Source: Fidelibacterota bacterium (GTDB taxonomy: Bacteria; Fidelibacterota; Fidelibacteria; Fidelibacterales; Fidelibacteraceae). From it: a DNA stretch of 16,377 bases. A model generated the notes under the pieces. It was given only the letters and a program-made list of their open reading frames with translations, ran no database searches and was not told the DNA's origin. The DNA lies in contig JAYEOX010000071.1 in assembly GCA_034723415.1 (NCBI GenBank), positions 1 to 16,377 of the forward strand, written 5' to 3'. Positions 1-9,193 of the stretch are shown in pieces (the first letter of the stretch is position 1; each line of letters opens with the position of its first letter). Both the position numbers and the translations under genes were made by a program.

Positions 1-625
1 TAATAATTGGGATTGTAATAATAAAATTTGCAAAAATGTTTGAAAGAGCCGAAAGCGGACAAACATATTTACACCAGAAAAATTTAATTATTACTGATAC
101 TATTAATACAATAAAAAGTGATAACAACACCATCCAGAGAACAGTATCATGGTCAAATCTACTAACTAACCCAAAATACGGATCGAATTTTTTACACCAT
201 AATTCGCTTGAAGTAATAGTGAAATAGGCAGTAAAAAATAATAACACATATTTCCCAAGCCGTAAAACTCTATCTAAAATTCCCTTTAATGTAAAAGATA
301 TTTTTAGTTTGTCTCCAATTTTATTTAACCACTCTATAACCGTTCCAATTGGACAAATATAACTGCAGAATAATTTACCGAAAAACATAACCCCAACTGC
401 GAGAGCAATTCCCATAAATATTGCAAGAGAACTCATACTACAAGATAGTGAACCAAGCCATAATTTACTTCCCAAAGATAACAATCCACCAAATGGACAA
501 ACCTTTTCAAAATCGACGACATAGCCGGTTTCCAGCATTTGTCTTATAACAAAGTAAAAAATAACAGCAAGAATCGAGAACTGGAATAGCGGTCTAATTT
601 TATTTTGTAAAAAACTTTTTTTCAC
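1..625 (-). CDS. 4Fe-4S-binding polytopic membrane protein (NapH/MauN/YccM/NosR-like CxxxCP family), 5' part only; runs off the window edge
   Basis: Absent from the ORF track; translated by hand. GTG start at 625-623 with AAGGA upstream, and the frame is open to the edge: MKKSFLQNKIRPLFQFSILAVIFYFVIRQMLETGYVVDFEKVCPFGGLLSLGSKLWLGSLSCSMSSLAIFMGIALAVGVMFFGKLFCSYICPIG...LWCKKFDPY...FFWCKYVCPLSALSN. It has two CxxxCP motifs, a CPFGG motif and several hydrophobic segments. Confidence 0.88.
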   Translation of the reverse strand, partial: MKKSFLQNKIRPLFQFSILAVIFYFVIRQMLETGYVVDFEKVCPFGGLLSLGSKLWLGSLSCSMSSLAIFMGIALAVGVMFFGKLFCSYICPIGTVIEWLNKIGDKLKISFTLKGILDRVLRLGKYVLLFFTAYFTITSSELWCKKFDPYFGLVSRFDHDTVLWMVLLSLFIVLIVSVIIKFFWCKYVCPLSALSNIFANFIITIPII

Positions 626-682
626 AATATGTTCCTTTTTTTATTTTTCCCCAACACCAATGTTTCAAGATTTTTATAAATA

Positions 683-698
683 CTTTGCGACTTGGCGA
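683..698. repeat. Short 8-bp-periodic intergenic repeat (CTTTGCGA CTTGGCGA), REP-like
   Basis: GC-rich island in an AT-rich spacer. 683-697 matches 10333-10347 at 14 of 15 positions. Confidence 0.6.
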
Positions 699-711
699 GA
701 GATATTCTTTC

Positions 712-749
712 AAAAAAAATGGGAATATAATATTACAATATTCCCATTT
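712..749 (-). terminator. Rho-independent terminator after the 879-aa gene
   Basis: Perfect 12-bp inverted repeat: AAATGGGAATAT (717-728) and ATATTCCCATTT (738-749), with a 9-nt loop. A8 at 712-719 gives a U-tract on the minus strand. It lies about 34 nt downstream of the stop at 783. Confidence 0.85.
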
Positions 750-782
750 GATATCTATCCAATTAATAATTGTTTAAAATTA

Positions 783-3422
783 CTATTTCAAATAAACCAT
801 TCTTTTTACACTTACATTTTCATTCGTCTGAACTTTGTAAATATAAATTCCTGTTGCAACATTCTGACCTAAATCATTTGTTGCATTCCAATGTGCATTA
901 TAGAAACCTGCATTAAAATGTGAATTTACAAGTGTAGTTACTTTTTGTCCTAACACATTATAAATAGAAATTGTAACATCGGTTGCTTTTGGTAAATCAA
1001 AACCAATCTTCGTAGTAGGATTAAATGGGTTTGGATAATTTTGATGTACTTTAAATGTTTCAGGAACTCCAACGATGCCTTCTCTAATTGCTACTTCACC
1101 AGTATTAGTTGCACCTGGTGTTGGTAGCATTTGAACCCAAGTAGATGTCCCGTCTCCAAATCTTCCATAAGATGTGTCAGTAATTTGGGCACCATAAGTT
1201 AGTGAATCTATGAAGTCAGCTTTATCACCAATAACTTGATATAAACCAACTTGTTCTCCACTACCACTTAATTTAATTTCTGCATGTAAGATTCCTTGTT
1301 CTGATTCTTTATCACACCAGATAACGAGGAATTCTCCACCGGCAATTGTTGTTGCAGATGAATTTGTATCAGGAATCCAGTGACTTCTTGGATCTGATAA
1401 ATCGTCAGTAATATACATTCCACCAATATTAATTGAGTCCGATCCCATATTATATATTTCAACAAAATCATCATAATCACCATGTTCATCTTGAGCAGCG
1501 GCATCATTACTTGCAAGGAATTCATTAATACATAAATCTGTATTAATAGTAGCCGAACCTAAATTATTTACTAAAATCGTTCCACTTTTTCCTATTGCCC
1601 ATAATTTTCCATTACGATAACGAACTTTATTAAGTGTTTCAGTTGTAGGACTTGTTTCTTGTGTCCAATTTTCTCCTGCATCTACTGATTTGTAAATTTT
1701 TCCACCTTCTCCAACTACATATACAAGAAAATCATTAATAAATTCAACATCATAAAAATCATCGCCATCAGGTTCTACAAAAACTTCAACGAGTGAATCA
1801 CCATTTGCTACAGCAGTTGGAGAAGTAGTATAAATATATCCCTTACTTGCAACAATAATTCCTACATCTCCTCTAAATTCAACAGCACGCATACTCATTG
1901 AACCATAATCTTCCATTAAAGCAAAACTATCAACAGAAGCATTTGAATGATATATTTGTCCACTACTACCGGTTGCGATAACTGATGTGCTTGAGATTGG
2001 CCAAATATCATAGACCGTTTTGCTTCCTTCATTTTCTAATTCTGTCCAATTTTGTCCACCGTCAGTTGATACTAAAATATATCCACTTGAACCACCAGCA
2101 AAAACAGTGTTTGCATCTGCATAATGAATTGAATTTACATGTTTATTTGATGCTTGTGCCATAGGATTATCAATAGAAGTCCATGTAGCACCACCATCAG
2201 TTGAGCGAGCAATATATCCATAACCACCTCCAATAAGAGCATTACTTGCATCAATAAATTCACATTCATATAAGTTTTCAGAGGTTCCTGATGTTAAATT
2301 TAATGGATAAGTCCAATTTGCACCACCATCTGTACTTGTAGTTATTTCTCCACCACCCCATGATGTTAACACGATTTTATTATCTTCAGGTAATGCAAGT
2401 CCCCAAAAACTTATAGAAGGCCATTCTGTAAGTGGTATCCAATTTGTTCCACCATCTGTAGTTTTGAACCATTGTCCATAATTTGCAAATAAATATCCAT
2501 TGTTCGCATCAACAAAATTGATACTTTTTGCCGACTGTCCTGTACCAACTGCAAGTGTATCCCATGTTGTTCCACCATCTGTAGTTTTAACAGTATGGCA
2601 ATCAGAACCGGAAACGAAAATATTATTATCATCTACAACATTTACATTTGAATGTCTATCATAAGCATAAGAAAAATCGCCGGATAATGCATAATTTGCA
2701 CCACCATCTGTAGAAAGAAAAATTGTATTATGGTAACCAACTACAACAACTGTAGAACCGCCTGCTGAAACATCATATAATCTTTTACTTGTAGTTCCAA
2801 CTGGAAATATACTTGCAATTTCTTTGAATGTCCATGTAGTTCCACCATCAGAAGTGTACCAAGTATATCCTTTGTTTGCATCAGTAATTACTACACCATT
2901 ATTTGCATCAGTAAATGCAATTCCACCATCAAGATCTTGTCCTTCAAATCCATCTGCATTTGTTTGATATGTCCAACTTGCACCACCATTTACAGTTTTT
3001 AAAACAAGTGTATCTTTACCGGCACAATAAATAGTATTTGCATCAACAACAGAAATTCCTTTTAGATCTTCTGTGTAACTAGCAGTATCACCAATTTGAG
3101 TCCAATCTGTACCACCATTAGTTGTCGTGTAAATCAATCCATCATCACAAGCAACAAAACCGGTGTCGGCACTAATAAATTCAATATCTTCCCAATCAGT
3201 TCCGGTTGCATCATCTGCTTTAATGGTTGTCCAATCTACACCACCATTAGTTGTCATATCAATGCGGTTATCCTCAAGCACCAACCAACCGGTAGTAGCA
3301 TCTAAGAAAAACGCGTCCATAAACACAGGAACATCTAAATTTTCCTTTTTTACCTCCCAAGTTTGGCCGAATGCTAATGTAGCTACTAAAATCAAAGTAA
3401 CTAAAATCATTAACTTTTTCAT
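783..3422 (-). CDS. Secreted YCF48/BNR-repeat double beta-propeller protein with a lamin-tail domain and a T9SS type-A/FlgD-Ig C-terminal sorting domain (879 aa)
   Basis: Sec signal MKKLMILVTLILVATLAFG. About 11 clear Asp-boxes (TTNGGVDW, TSDGGTTW, STDGGANW, SVDAGENW and others) at roughly 45-aa spacing. Lamin-tail motifs LCINEFLASND...DDFVEIYN...PTPGATN. C-terminal domain QNYPNPFNPTT...IYNVLGQKV...GIYIYKV...KRMVYLK. SD GAGGAGG upstream. Confidence 0.9.
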   Translation of the reverse strand: MKKLMILVTLILVATLAFGQTWEVKKENLDVPVFMDAFFLDATTGWLVLEDNRIDMTTNGGVDWTTIKADDATGTDWEDIEFISADTGFVACDDGLIYTTTNGGTDWTQIGDTASYTEDLKGISVVDANTIYCAGKDTLVLKTVNGGASWTYQTNADGFEGQDLDGGIAFTDANNGVVITDANKGYTWYTSDGGTTWTFKEIASIFPVGTTSKRLYDVSAGGSTVVVVGYHNTIFLSTDGGANYALSGDFSYAYDRHSNVNVVDDNNIFVSGSDCHTVKTTDGGTTWDTLAVGTGQSAKSINFVDANNGYLFANYGQWFKTTDGGTNWIPLTEWPSISFWGLALPEDNKIVLTSWGGGEITTSTDGGANWTYPLNLTSGTSENLYECEFIDASNALIGGGYGYIARSTDGGATWTSIDNPMAQASNKHVNSIHYADANTVFAGGSSGYILVSTDGGQNWTELENEGSKTVYDIWPISSTSVIATGSSGQIYHSNASVDSFALMEDYGSMSMRAVEFRGDVGIIVASKGYIYTTSPTAVANGDSLVEVFVEPDGDDFYDVEFINDFLVYVVGEGGKIYKSVDAGENWTQETSPTTETLNKVRYRNGKLWAIGKSGTILVNNLGSATINTDLCINEFLASNDAAAQDEHGDYDDFVEIYNMGSDSINIGGMYITDDLSDPRSHWIPDTNSSATTIAGGEFLVIWCDKESEQGILHAEIKLSGSGEQVGLYQVIGDKADFIDSLTYGAQITDTSYGRFGDGTSTWVQMLPTPGATNTGEVAIREGIVGVPETFKVHQNYPNPFNPTTKIGFDLPKATDVTISIYNVLGQKVTTLVNSHFNAGFYNAHWNATNDLGQNVATGIYIYKVQTNENVSVKRMVYLK

Positions 3423-3463
3423 AAAATCCTCCTCTTTTTATTTAAAATTTCCAATCCTATAAC

Positions 3464-3492
3464 ATATTAACAATAATTTATATTTAATGCAA
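3464..3492 (-). promoter_or_regulatory. Putative sigma70-type promoter for the 879-aa gene
   Basis: Minus strand reads TTGCAT (3492-3487), a 17-nt spacer, then TAATAT (3469-3464) preceded by TGn (extended -10). A-tracts lie upstream of the -35. Confidence 0.55.
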
Positions 3493-3517
3493 GTTTTTTC
3501 TTTTTTTTCTACAACTC

Positions 3518-6500
3518 TTATTTAACATATATCATTTTCTTAGTTTTTTGGTATTTTGCGTTTTTACCATCGACACTTAATCTATAAAAATATATTCCAC
3601 TACTCAAGTTTCTATTTATTTGCCATTGATAATCGTAAATTCCGGCTTTTTTTTCTTTATCAATCAGTGTAGTTATTTTTCTTCCGGAAATATCATAGAT
3701 TACTAATTTTACTTTTGCTTTTTCAGGCAATTCATAATGAATAACTGTCGAATTATTAAACGGATTTGGATAATTTTGTGATAGAGAAAATTTTGTTGGA
3801 ATTTGTTCTACAACTGCGGAAGCATTCTCTTGTATTTTCAAATCATCAATCACCCAACCCCAACCATTATCATAATAATCCGCATAGAGACGAAATCTTA
3901 TCAAGATTGTATCTCCGGCTGAAAATTTATCATACAAATTTATGGTATGCAATTTATATAATTTCGGACCGGCATTTCCACTAAAATAAACATTTCGCCA
4001 AGCTGGATCCCAAAAATTTGCATCATATCCTTCAATAAGTGATTCCCATTCAGCTCCATTTTTACTTCCTTCTACAATGACGAAATCATAAAATTTTGCA
4101 TCACCGGGATTTGAATCGCCTGAATATGGTTGAACAGCAGCAATATCTTTATAAGTAATATTAGCATTTTCTATAGAAACAATAATTGGTATTCTCAGTG
4201 TGAATATTGAATTAACATTATTCAAATATGGATGGAATGAATGGATTGCCCCGTCATCAAAATTGCCAACTGAATCTAAAATTTCAAATCCATTTCCACC
4301 AAAATATCCGCTATCACTTGAGAAGTCGGTAATAAATGTAATTCGTGGTTCGGCAATCGGCATAATAGTTGTTTCAATTGTTTGCGATTTATATGTTTTT
4401 TCATCTTTATATGAGTTTAAATATAGTTCAATTTCTGTAGAATTTGTGACAGAATATGGAATGATAATTGAAGTATCTGTAATATTAGAATTAAACACTG
4501 TAGAATATTTTTGATCATCAATCACTACTTCAGTAGAATCATATAAGGATCGCAAATCACATTTTATTCCCAAATCGCCTTTAACACTTTGTCCGACTTC
4601 ACTTAATATAGGAACGAATATTGCAATTGGTGGTTCGTAACCCGCAAGCTCTGGAATGGAAACAGACCAAACACCTCTACCATGAGTTCCAACAACAATT
4701 TCGTCATTGACAATAAGCATCTCATAAATTCCAACAGCCGGCAATTTGCTATTCAAATAACTCCAACTATTTCCATTATCAGTCGATTCGAAAATTCCAA
4801 TATCTGTTCCTGCCCAGATTATATCCGTATTATATGGCATAACAAGAAGTGAATAGACAGCGACATTTGGAAATCCGTTTGAGCTTGTAGAATTTATCGG
4901 ATTAAATCCCGAAATATCTTCCCAACTATTTCCCAAGTCCGTAGTTCGTAAAATTTTAGGAGCATCGGCAAATGAGAATAGTGCATAAGCGATAGAATCT
5001 TTTGTTGGATGAGTCGCAAATCCAGAAATTCTTCCCATTGTAATTTCTGAATATACTTGAGTAGTAGTAAAATTAAATCCTGCATCGGTAGAGACATAAA
5101 GCGGATAATCTGTCAACATATTAGTTCCAGTCCAAACGATATTTGGATTTACAAGCGAGATTTTAATTTGAGTATTATTTTTTATATACCAACTATCTGG
5201 CATCTCTATCAATTCCCAATCACTGCCAAAATTTTCTGATCGCCAAACACCTGATTTTCCAACTGCGAATACCAAATCCGGATTCTGTTTCGACTTCGCT
5301 AATTTTGTAAAAAATGGAGCATCACTTCCATTATCAGATATTCCCGAAGTTGAATATCCCCAAATTTCTCCACCATCAATAGATTTCCTAATTCCATTAT
5401 ATTGCGATGAAGCTAATATTTTATCTCCATCATCATATTTCCAAACACATGCAAATCCATCGCCACCGAAACAGTTTTCCCAAGCAGAAGTAGAATCAGA
5501 ATTAGTTGGTGAATGCCAAGTTCCATTATCTTGCATTCCACCAATATATTTGTCAGTGCCATTTTGCTTATCTACTCCATAAAATTGTGTCGTATTATAT
5601 CCTGTCAATGGTTGTATAAATGTCTCGCCTTTGTCATCTGAATATGCAACTCCGCCATCATTTGCATTTAACATTCTGAATTTTTTTGCACTTGTATCGG
5701 TTGGAATTAAAACAATATTGTGATGATCTACATGCACTCCTTTATCAGACCCGCCGTATTCTCCATATCCATCTGTCACATTTGTTGTATGAATTCTTTT
5801 TGTAATTAATTTTTCATACATAATTTGGATTTTTGAATATGGTAAACTGTCAGGACTGAATGTGACACCACTTGGTGATTCCGGCCAAATAAAAAATATA
5901 CCTTTCTCTTCTATTCCTCCGGTTCTTGCGATATTAGAATCTGCCGAATCACTATATTCTATTGAATGAATAAAAATATATTCTCTTGACAATCCATCTA
6001 TTGCTTCTGCTTGATTTTTAGGATTCCATGTTGAATCTTCGTCATGATCACGAATAGACGCCATAAGTTGAATATTATTATCTGTGTCCCAAACCTCAAA
6101 AGGAACTTCAATATAATCATGATACGGATAATTGAAAGAAGATGCATAAGTAAATCTGTGTGCCTTTTGTGAAAGTGAATCGCCAAATCTAACTTCCACA
6201 GATACGAAATCATTAGCAACAGCATTGGTTGGTATAGCATAATTCTCATACTTATCAATTGGAATATACAATGATAAAAATGACTCAGTATTTTCAAAAT
6301 TTATATCTGTAATTTGTTTTGATGATGAAGTGTCTGTTCCGTCAACCATATTCAATTGCCACAGATTTATTCCACCAACAAAAACCGTATCTTCAGAATA
6401 CGGATTTACCGCAATTGTGTTATCATACCAACCTTGATATCCCAGCCAGTTAATATCAGTGCCACTTGTATCTTTTGTTGCAAACCATGTTTCGCCGGTA

Positions 6501-7621
6501 TTTTCTGAAATGTATAATTCTGCATAACCGTTTGTCTCTGCTGAAATATAGAGACAAGAAGTATCGGTCGGGGCAATTGCGATTTCAATTCTTTTCACAA
6601 CTCCAATTCCATCTGATGCATCTTCCCAAGTTAAACCACCGTCTTTTGATTTTATTACTCCAATAGTATTTATTGTTGCATATTGAGTATTGAAATTTAA
6701 CGGATTTGAAATTATATGTTGGATTGAATGCAATGAAGAATAAACTTCACTCCAATTAGCTCCGCCATCTGTAGAACGAAAAATATAAGAATTTGGTTTT
6801 TCTCCGGCGAAATAATTAAAGCCGGAGTTAGTTGCCGTAAGTAAAATATTTTCATTACTTGGAGAAACAATTATTCGCATTATATTTTGGAATTTTTTGT
6901 TGTTTGCCGTGTTTGTGAGTTGAGTCCAAGTTTCTCCTTTGTCAGTAGATTTCCAGATTCCACTTCCATCAATTTGATCAACATTATTAAAACCTTCGCC
7001 TGTTCCGGCATAGATTACATCTGGATTTGATTTAGACATTACAATTGCACTCGTAGCGAGATTTGGTAAATCAGAAGTAATATTTTCCCAAGAATCCCCG
7101 GATGTTGTCGTCTTCCAAATTCCACCACTAACCGAGCCGGCAAACCATATTTCATGAGTTGGGTCGTCATAATCATAAATTAATCCACGAGTTCTTCCGC
7201 TGACATTTCCCGGACCTCGTTCAATCCAATCTAATGAATTTGTCGCGGATACTTTTCTCAATGCTTTTGTTGATTTTATTGAATGTGCTTTTAATAATTC
7301 ATTAACTTTATAATTGAAATCGTAAGAGGGATTTTGTTCGCCTTGTCGAGTTCTGATGTCGTTATGATATTTGGCATATAAATTTGGACTGTCTTGTCGT
7401 GCTTTTCCCTTTACCTTTTTTTTCCGCTCGGACATTACTCTATCTTTTCTATCTATAACAACTTTATTTTCAGCGATGTTATCAGAAGAATATTCGTCAA
7501 TTGAAAAAGCGGTTTTTGAATTTATTTTTTCACTATCGTCTCTATTTATTATAATTATTAAAAATGTTATTAAAATAACAGATATGAAAATGCCGATAAA
7601 TTGTTTAAAAAAATTACTCAT
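3518..7621 (-). CDS. Large secreted VPS10/sortilin-like (BNR) beta-propeller protein with an inserted domain, a probable jelly-roll domain and a T9SS type-A C-terminal sorting domain (1367 aa)
   Basis: N-terminal hydrophobic segment. Family-typical motifs WIERGPGNVSGRTRGL, AGSVSGGIWKT, GTGEG, VHVDHH, GGMQDNGT, GGDGF and VGTHGRGVW, plus many SxDxGxxW boxes. Pre-CTD domain ends IRFRLYAD...GWGWVIDDLKIQ. C-terminal domain SQNYPNPFN...SSGIYFYRL...KKMIYVK. AAGGA upstream. Confidence 0.88.
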   Translation of the reverse strand: MSNFFKQFIGIFISVILITFLIIIINRDDSEKINSKTAFSIDEYSSDNIAENKVVIDRKDRVMSERKKKVKGKARQDSPNLYAKYHNDIRTRQGEQNPSYDFNYKVNELLKAHSIKSTKALRKVSATNSLDWIERGPGNVSGRTRGLIYDYDDPTHEIWFAGSVSGGIWKTTTSGDSWENITSDLPNLATSAIVMSKSNPDVIYAGTGEGFNNVDQIDGSGIWKSTDKGETWTQLTNTANNKKFQNIMRIIVSPSNENILLTATNSGFNYFAGEKPNSYIFRSTDGGANWSEVYSSLHSIQHIISNPLNFNTQYATINTIGVIKSKDGGLTWEDASDGIGVVKRIEIAIAPTDTSCLYISAETNGYAELYISENTGETWFATKDTSGTDINWLGYQGWYDNTIAVNPYSEDTVFVGGINLWQLNMVDGTDTSSSKQITDINFENTESFLSLYIPIDKYENYAIPTNAVANDFVSVEVRFGDSLSQKAHRFTYASSFNYPYHDYIEVPFEVWDTDNNIQLMASIRDHDEDSTWNPKNQAEAIDGLSREYIFIHSIEYSDSADSNIARTGGIEEKGIFFIWPESPSGVTFSPDSLPYSKIQIMYEKLITKRIHTTNVTDGYGEYGGSDKGVHVDHHNIVLIPTDTSAKKFRMLNANDGGVAYSDDKGETFIQPLTGYNTTQFYGVDKQNGTDKYIGGMQDNGTWHSPTNSDSTSAWENCFGGDGFACVWKYDDGDKILASSQYNGIRKSIDGGEIWGYSTSGISDNGSDAPFFTKLAKSKQNPDLVFAVGKSGVWRSENFGSDWELIEMPDSWYIKNNTQIKISLVNPNIVWTGTNMLTDYPLYVSTDAGFNFTTTQVYSEITMGRISGFATHPTKDSIAYALFSFADAPKILRTTDLGNSWEDISGFNPINSTSSNGFPNVAVYSLLVMPYNTDIIWAGTDIGIFESTDNGNSWSYLNSKLPAVGIYEMLIVNDEIVVGTHGRGVWSVSIPELAGYEPPIAIFVPILSEVGQSVKGDLGIKCDLRSLYDSTEVVIDDQKYSTVFNSNITDTSIIIPYSVTNSTEIELYLNSYKDEKTYKSQTIETTIMPIAEPRITFITDFSSDSGYFGGNGFEILDSVGNFDDGAIHSFHPYLNNVNSIFTLRIPIIVSIENANITYKDIAAVQPYSGDSNPGDAKFYDFVIVEGSKNGAEWESLIEGYDANFWDPAWRNVYFSGNAGPKLYKLHTINLYDKFSAGDTILIRFRLYADYYDNGWGWVIDDLKIQENASAVVEQIPTKFSLSQNYPNPFNNSTVIHYELPEKAKVKLVIYDISGRKITTLIDKEKKAGIYDYQWQINRNLSSGIYFYRLSVDGKNAKYQKTKKMIYVK

Positions 7622-7711
7622 AATTGAATCCTTATATATTTTAACTAATTTGATGTTCGTGTTTTATTTTATGTATTTTAACTTCGTTGGTCTTTGACTC
7701 GTGACTACCAA

Positions 7712-9160
7712 TTATTTTCTTAATGACAAAGCAATCTGATATTCGTTTATATTTTCTCCACCATCACTCGGAGAATAACTTTTATACATTCCTGTGATTT
7801 CTATATACCCAAATCTAAAATATCTTTCAATTCCTGTTCCAATATTTATCTCATTAAAATAATCAATATTCCAAGTAAAGTGAGGTTTAAATTTTCCATA
7901 ACCACCAGTGATATTGCAACTCAATAATTCTGTTAAATATATTTGAAAATATGAATTAACTTTCCAATTTACATGTTCAGTATTATATTCGAACGGGTTC
8001 ACATATTCATTATAATTCTGATTAACCATTTCCAATTTTCCATTAATTGAAAATTTCATTAACATATTCGGAATTAGATAAAGAGATGAATTAAATTCGT
8101 GAATTTCCTCTTCATTTTTAATTACAATTGTATTATAATGAGGATTTTTTGCCCAATCATCAAATTGTTTGTATACATAACCAAATTGAAAACTACTTTT
8201 CCCACCATTAATATTGTAAATAATATCACCCGAGTATTCTCCGCCTTCTTTTTGCCAATAAGCAACATTTACCGGTCTTGAAGAACTTCCTGTTTCTATA
8301 CTATTTGTTGTATAACCATAATTCCCATTTAAAATTATGCTTAAATTATTTATCTTTTTAAATAATTGTAAACTATAATTTATTCCTTTTTGATAATCTG
8401 TTTTATGATTATGACTTCGTGGATTTTCCGGTTTATAAATATGATAACCAAAATATGTTCTCACTAATGCATCGGTGAATTCTTTTACTGCTGTGTACTT
8501 TGCCTGTCTGTCCAAATACCTAATATAACCTCCAATCACAGTTGATTTATCAAAGGATTGTAAACCTATTCCAAAAGACACATCCAAATTTCTCTTGATT
8601 GTCTTACATTGAGTATAAACATCCTTCAATCCCTGTTCTACTCCATAATTTCCTTTAATACCAAGGAATACTCTATTATTTATGGAATGATTATATAAAA
8701 ATTGTAACTTTGGTCCGGAATATTCCGTATTTCCTGTAGTTGTATCTGAATATGAAAAGTAATGGCCATAAAAATCTTTTTCTAATGAGTGTTTCATATT
8801 AAATTTGTAATCACGATTATATTTAATGATTGAGGCAATAGTAGAATTATCATTTAATCTTTTAGAAGTAATGACTTCAAAATTTATATTTTGCTCTTTT
8901 TCCGGAGAATATTCGCGATGAAATAAATTGTTTTTATTAACACCGGATAGAGTATATTTAGCAATATTTTCATTAAAACTCATTTTGAATAGTGCAGGAT
9001 TATTAGTGATTGAATAGAGTGAACTCTGCGAATTGAAAATATCATATTTTGAATCATCAGAAAAAAATTGATTTTCGAATGAGAATAAACTTGTAACACT
9101 TATTAAAATTATTACGAAAACCTTTACTATTTTTACATTTTTAAATTTAATTAATTTCAT
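7712..9160 (-). CDS. Outer-membrane beta-barrel protein, DUF6850-like (482 aa)
   Basis: Signal peptide, an early NPA motif, and aromatic/Gly-rich alternating amphipathic strands throughout. Size and position after DUF4876-like lipoproteins match the usual DUF6850 context (from memory). Confidence 0.7.
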   Translation of the reverse strand: MKLIKFKNVKIVKVFVIILISVTSLFSFENQFFSDDSKYDIFNSQSSLYSITNNPALFKMSFNENIAKYTLSGVNKNNLFHREYSPEKEQNINFEVITSKRLNDNSTIASIIKYNRDYKFNMKHSLEKDFYGHYFSYSDTTTGNTEYSGPKLQFLYNHSINNRVFLGIKGNYGVEQGLKDVYTQCKTIKRNLDVSFGIGLQSFDKSTVIGGYIRYLDRQAKYTAVKEFTDALVRTYFGYHIYKPENPRSHNHKTDYQKGINYSLQLFKKINNLSIILNGNYGYTTNSIETGSSSRPVNVAYWQKEGGEYSGDIIYNINGGKSSFQFGYVYKQFDDWAKNPHYNTIVIKNEEEIHEFNSSLYLIPNMLMKFSINGKLEMVNQNYNEYVNPFEYNTEHVNWKVNSYFQIYLTELLSCNITGGYGKFKPHFTWNIDYFNEINIGTGIERYFRFGYIEITGMYKSYSPSDGGENINEYQIALSLRK

Positions 9161-9193
9161 ATTTCTCTCTTCTATAATTTATTTGTAAAATTT

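Noticed and set aside
1660..3260. Recurring CCACCATC(T/A)GT-like DNA motifs at about 130-bp spacing as a CRISPR or other DNA repeat array
   Set aside because: They are the codons of the protein Asp-box repeats (TDGG) in the 879-aa ORF and vary at synonymous positions.
783..3422. Photosystem II assembly factor Ycf48 or a sialidase
   Set aside because: Asp-box propellers commonly attract these labels, but the LTD plus T9SS-type CTD architecture, the absence of photosynthesis genes and the absence of a (F)RIP motif do not support them.
7416..7423. T8 run near the 5' end of the 1367-aa gene as a phase-variation tract
   Set aside because: Runs of 7-9 A/T are common in this AT-rich window, and this one simply encodes a Lys-rich stretch in frame.
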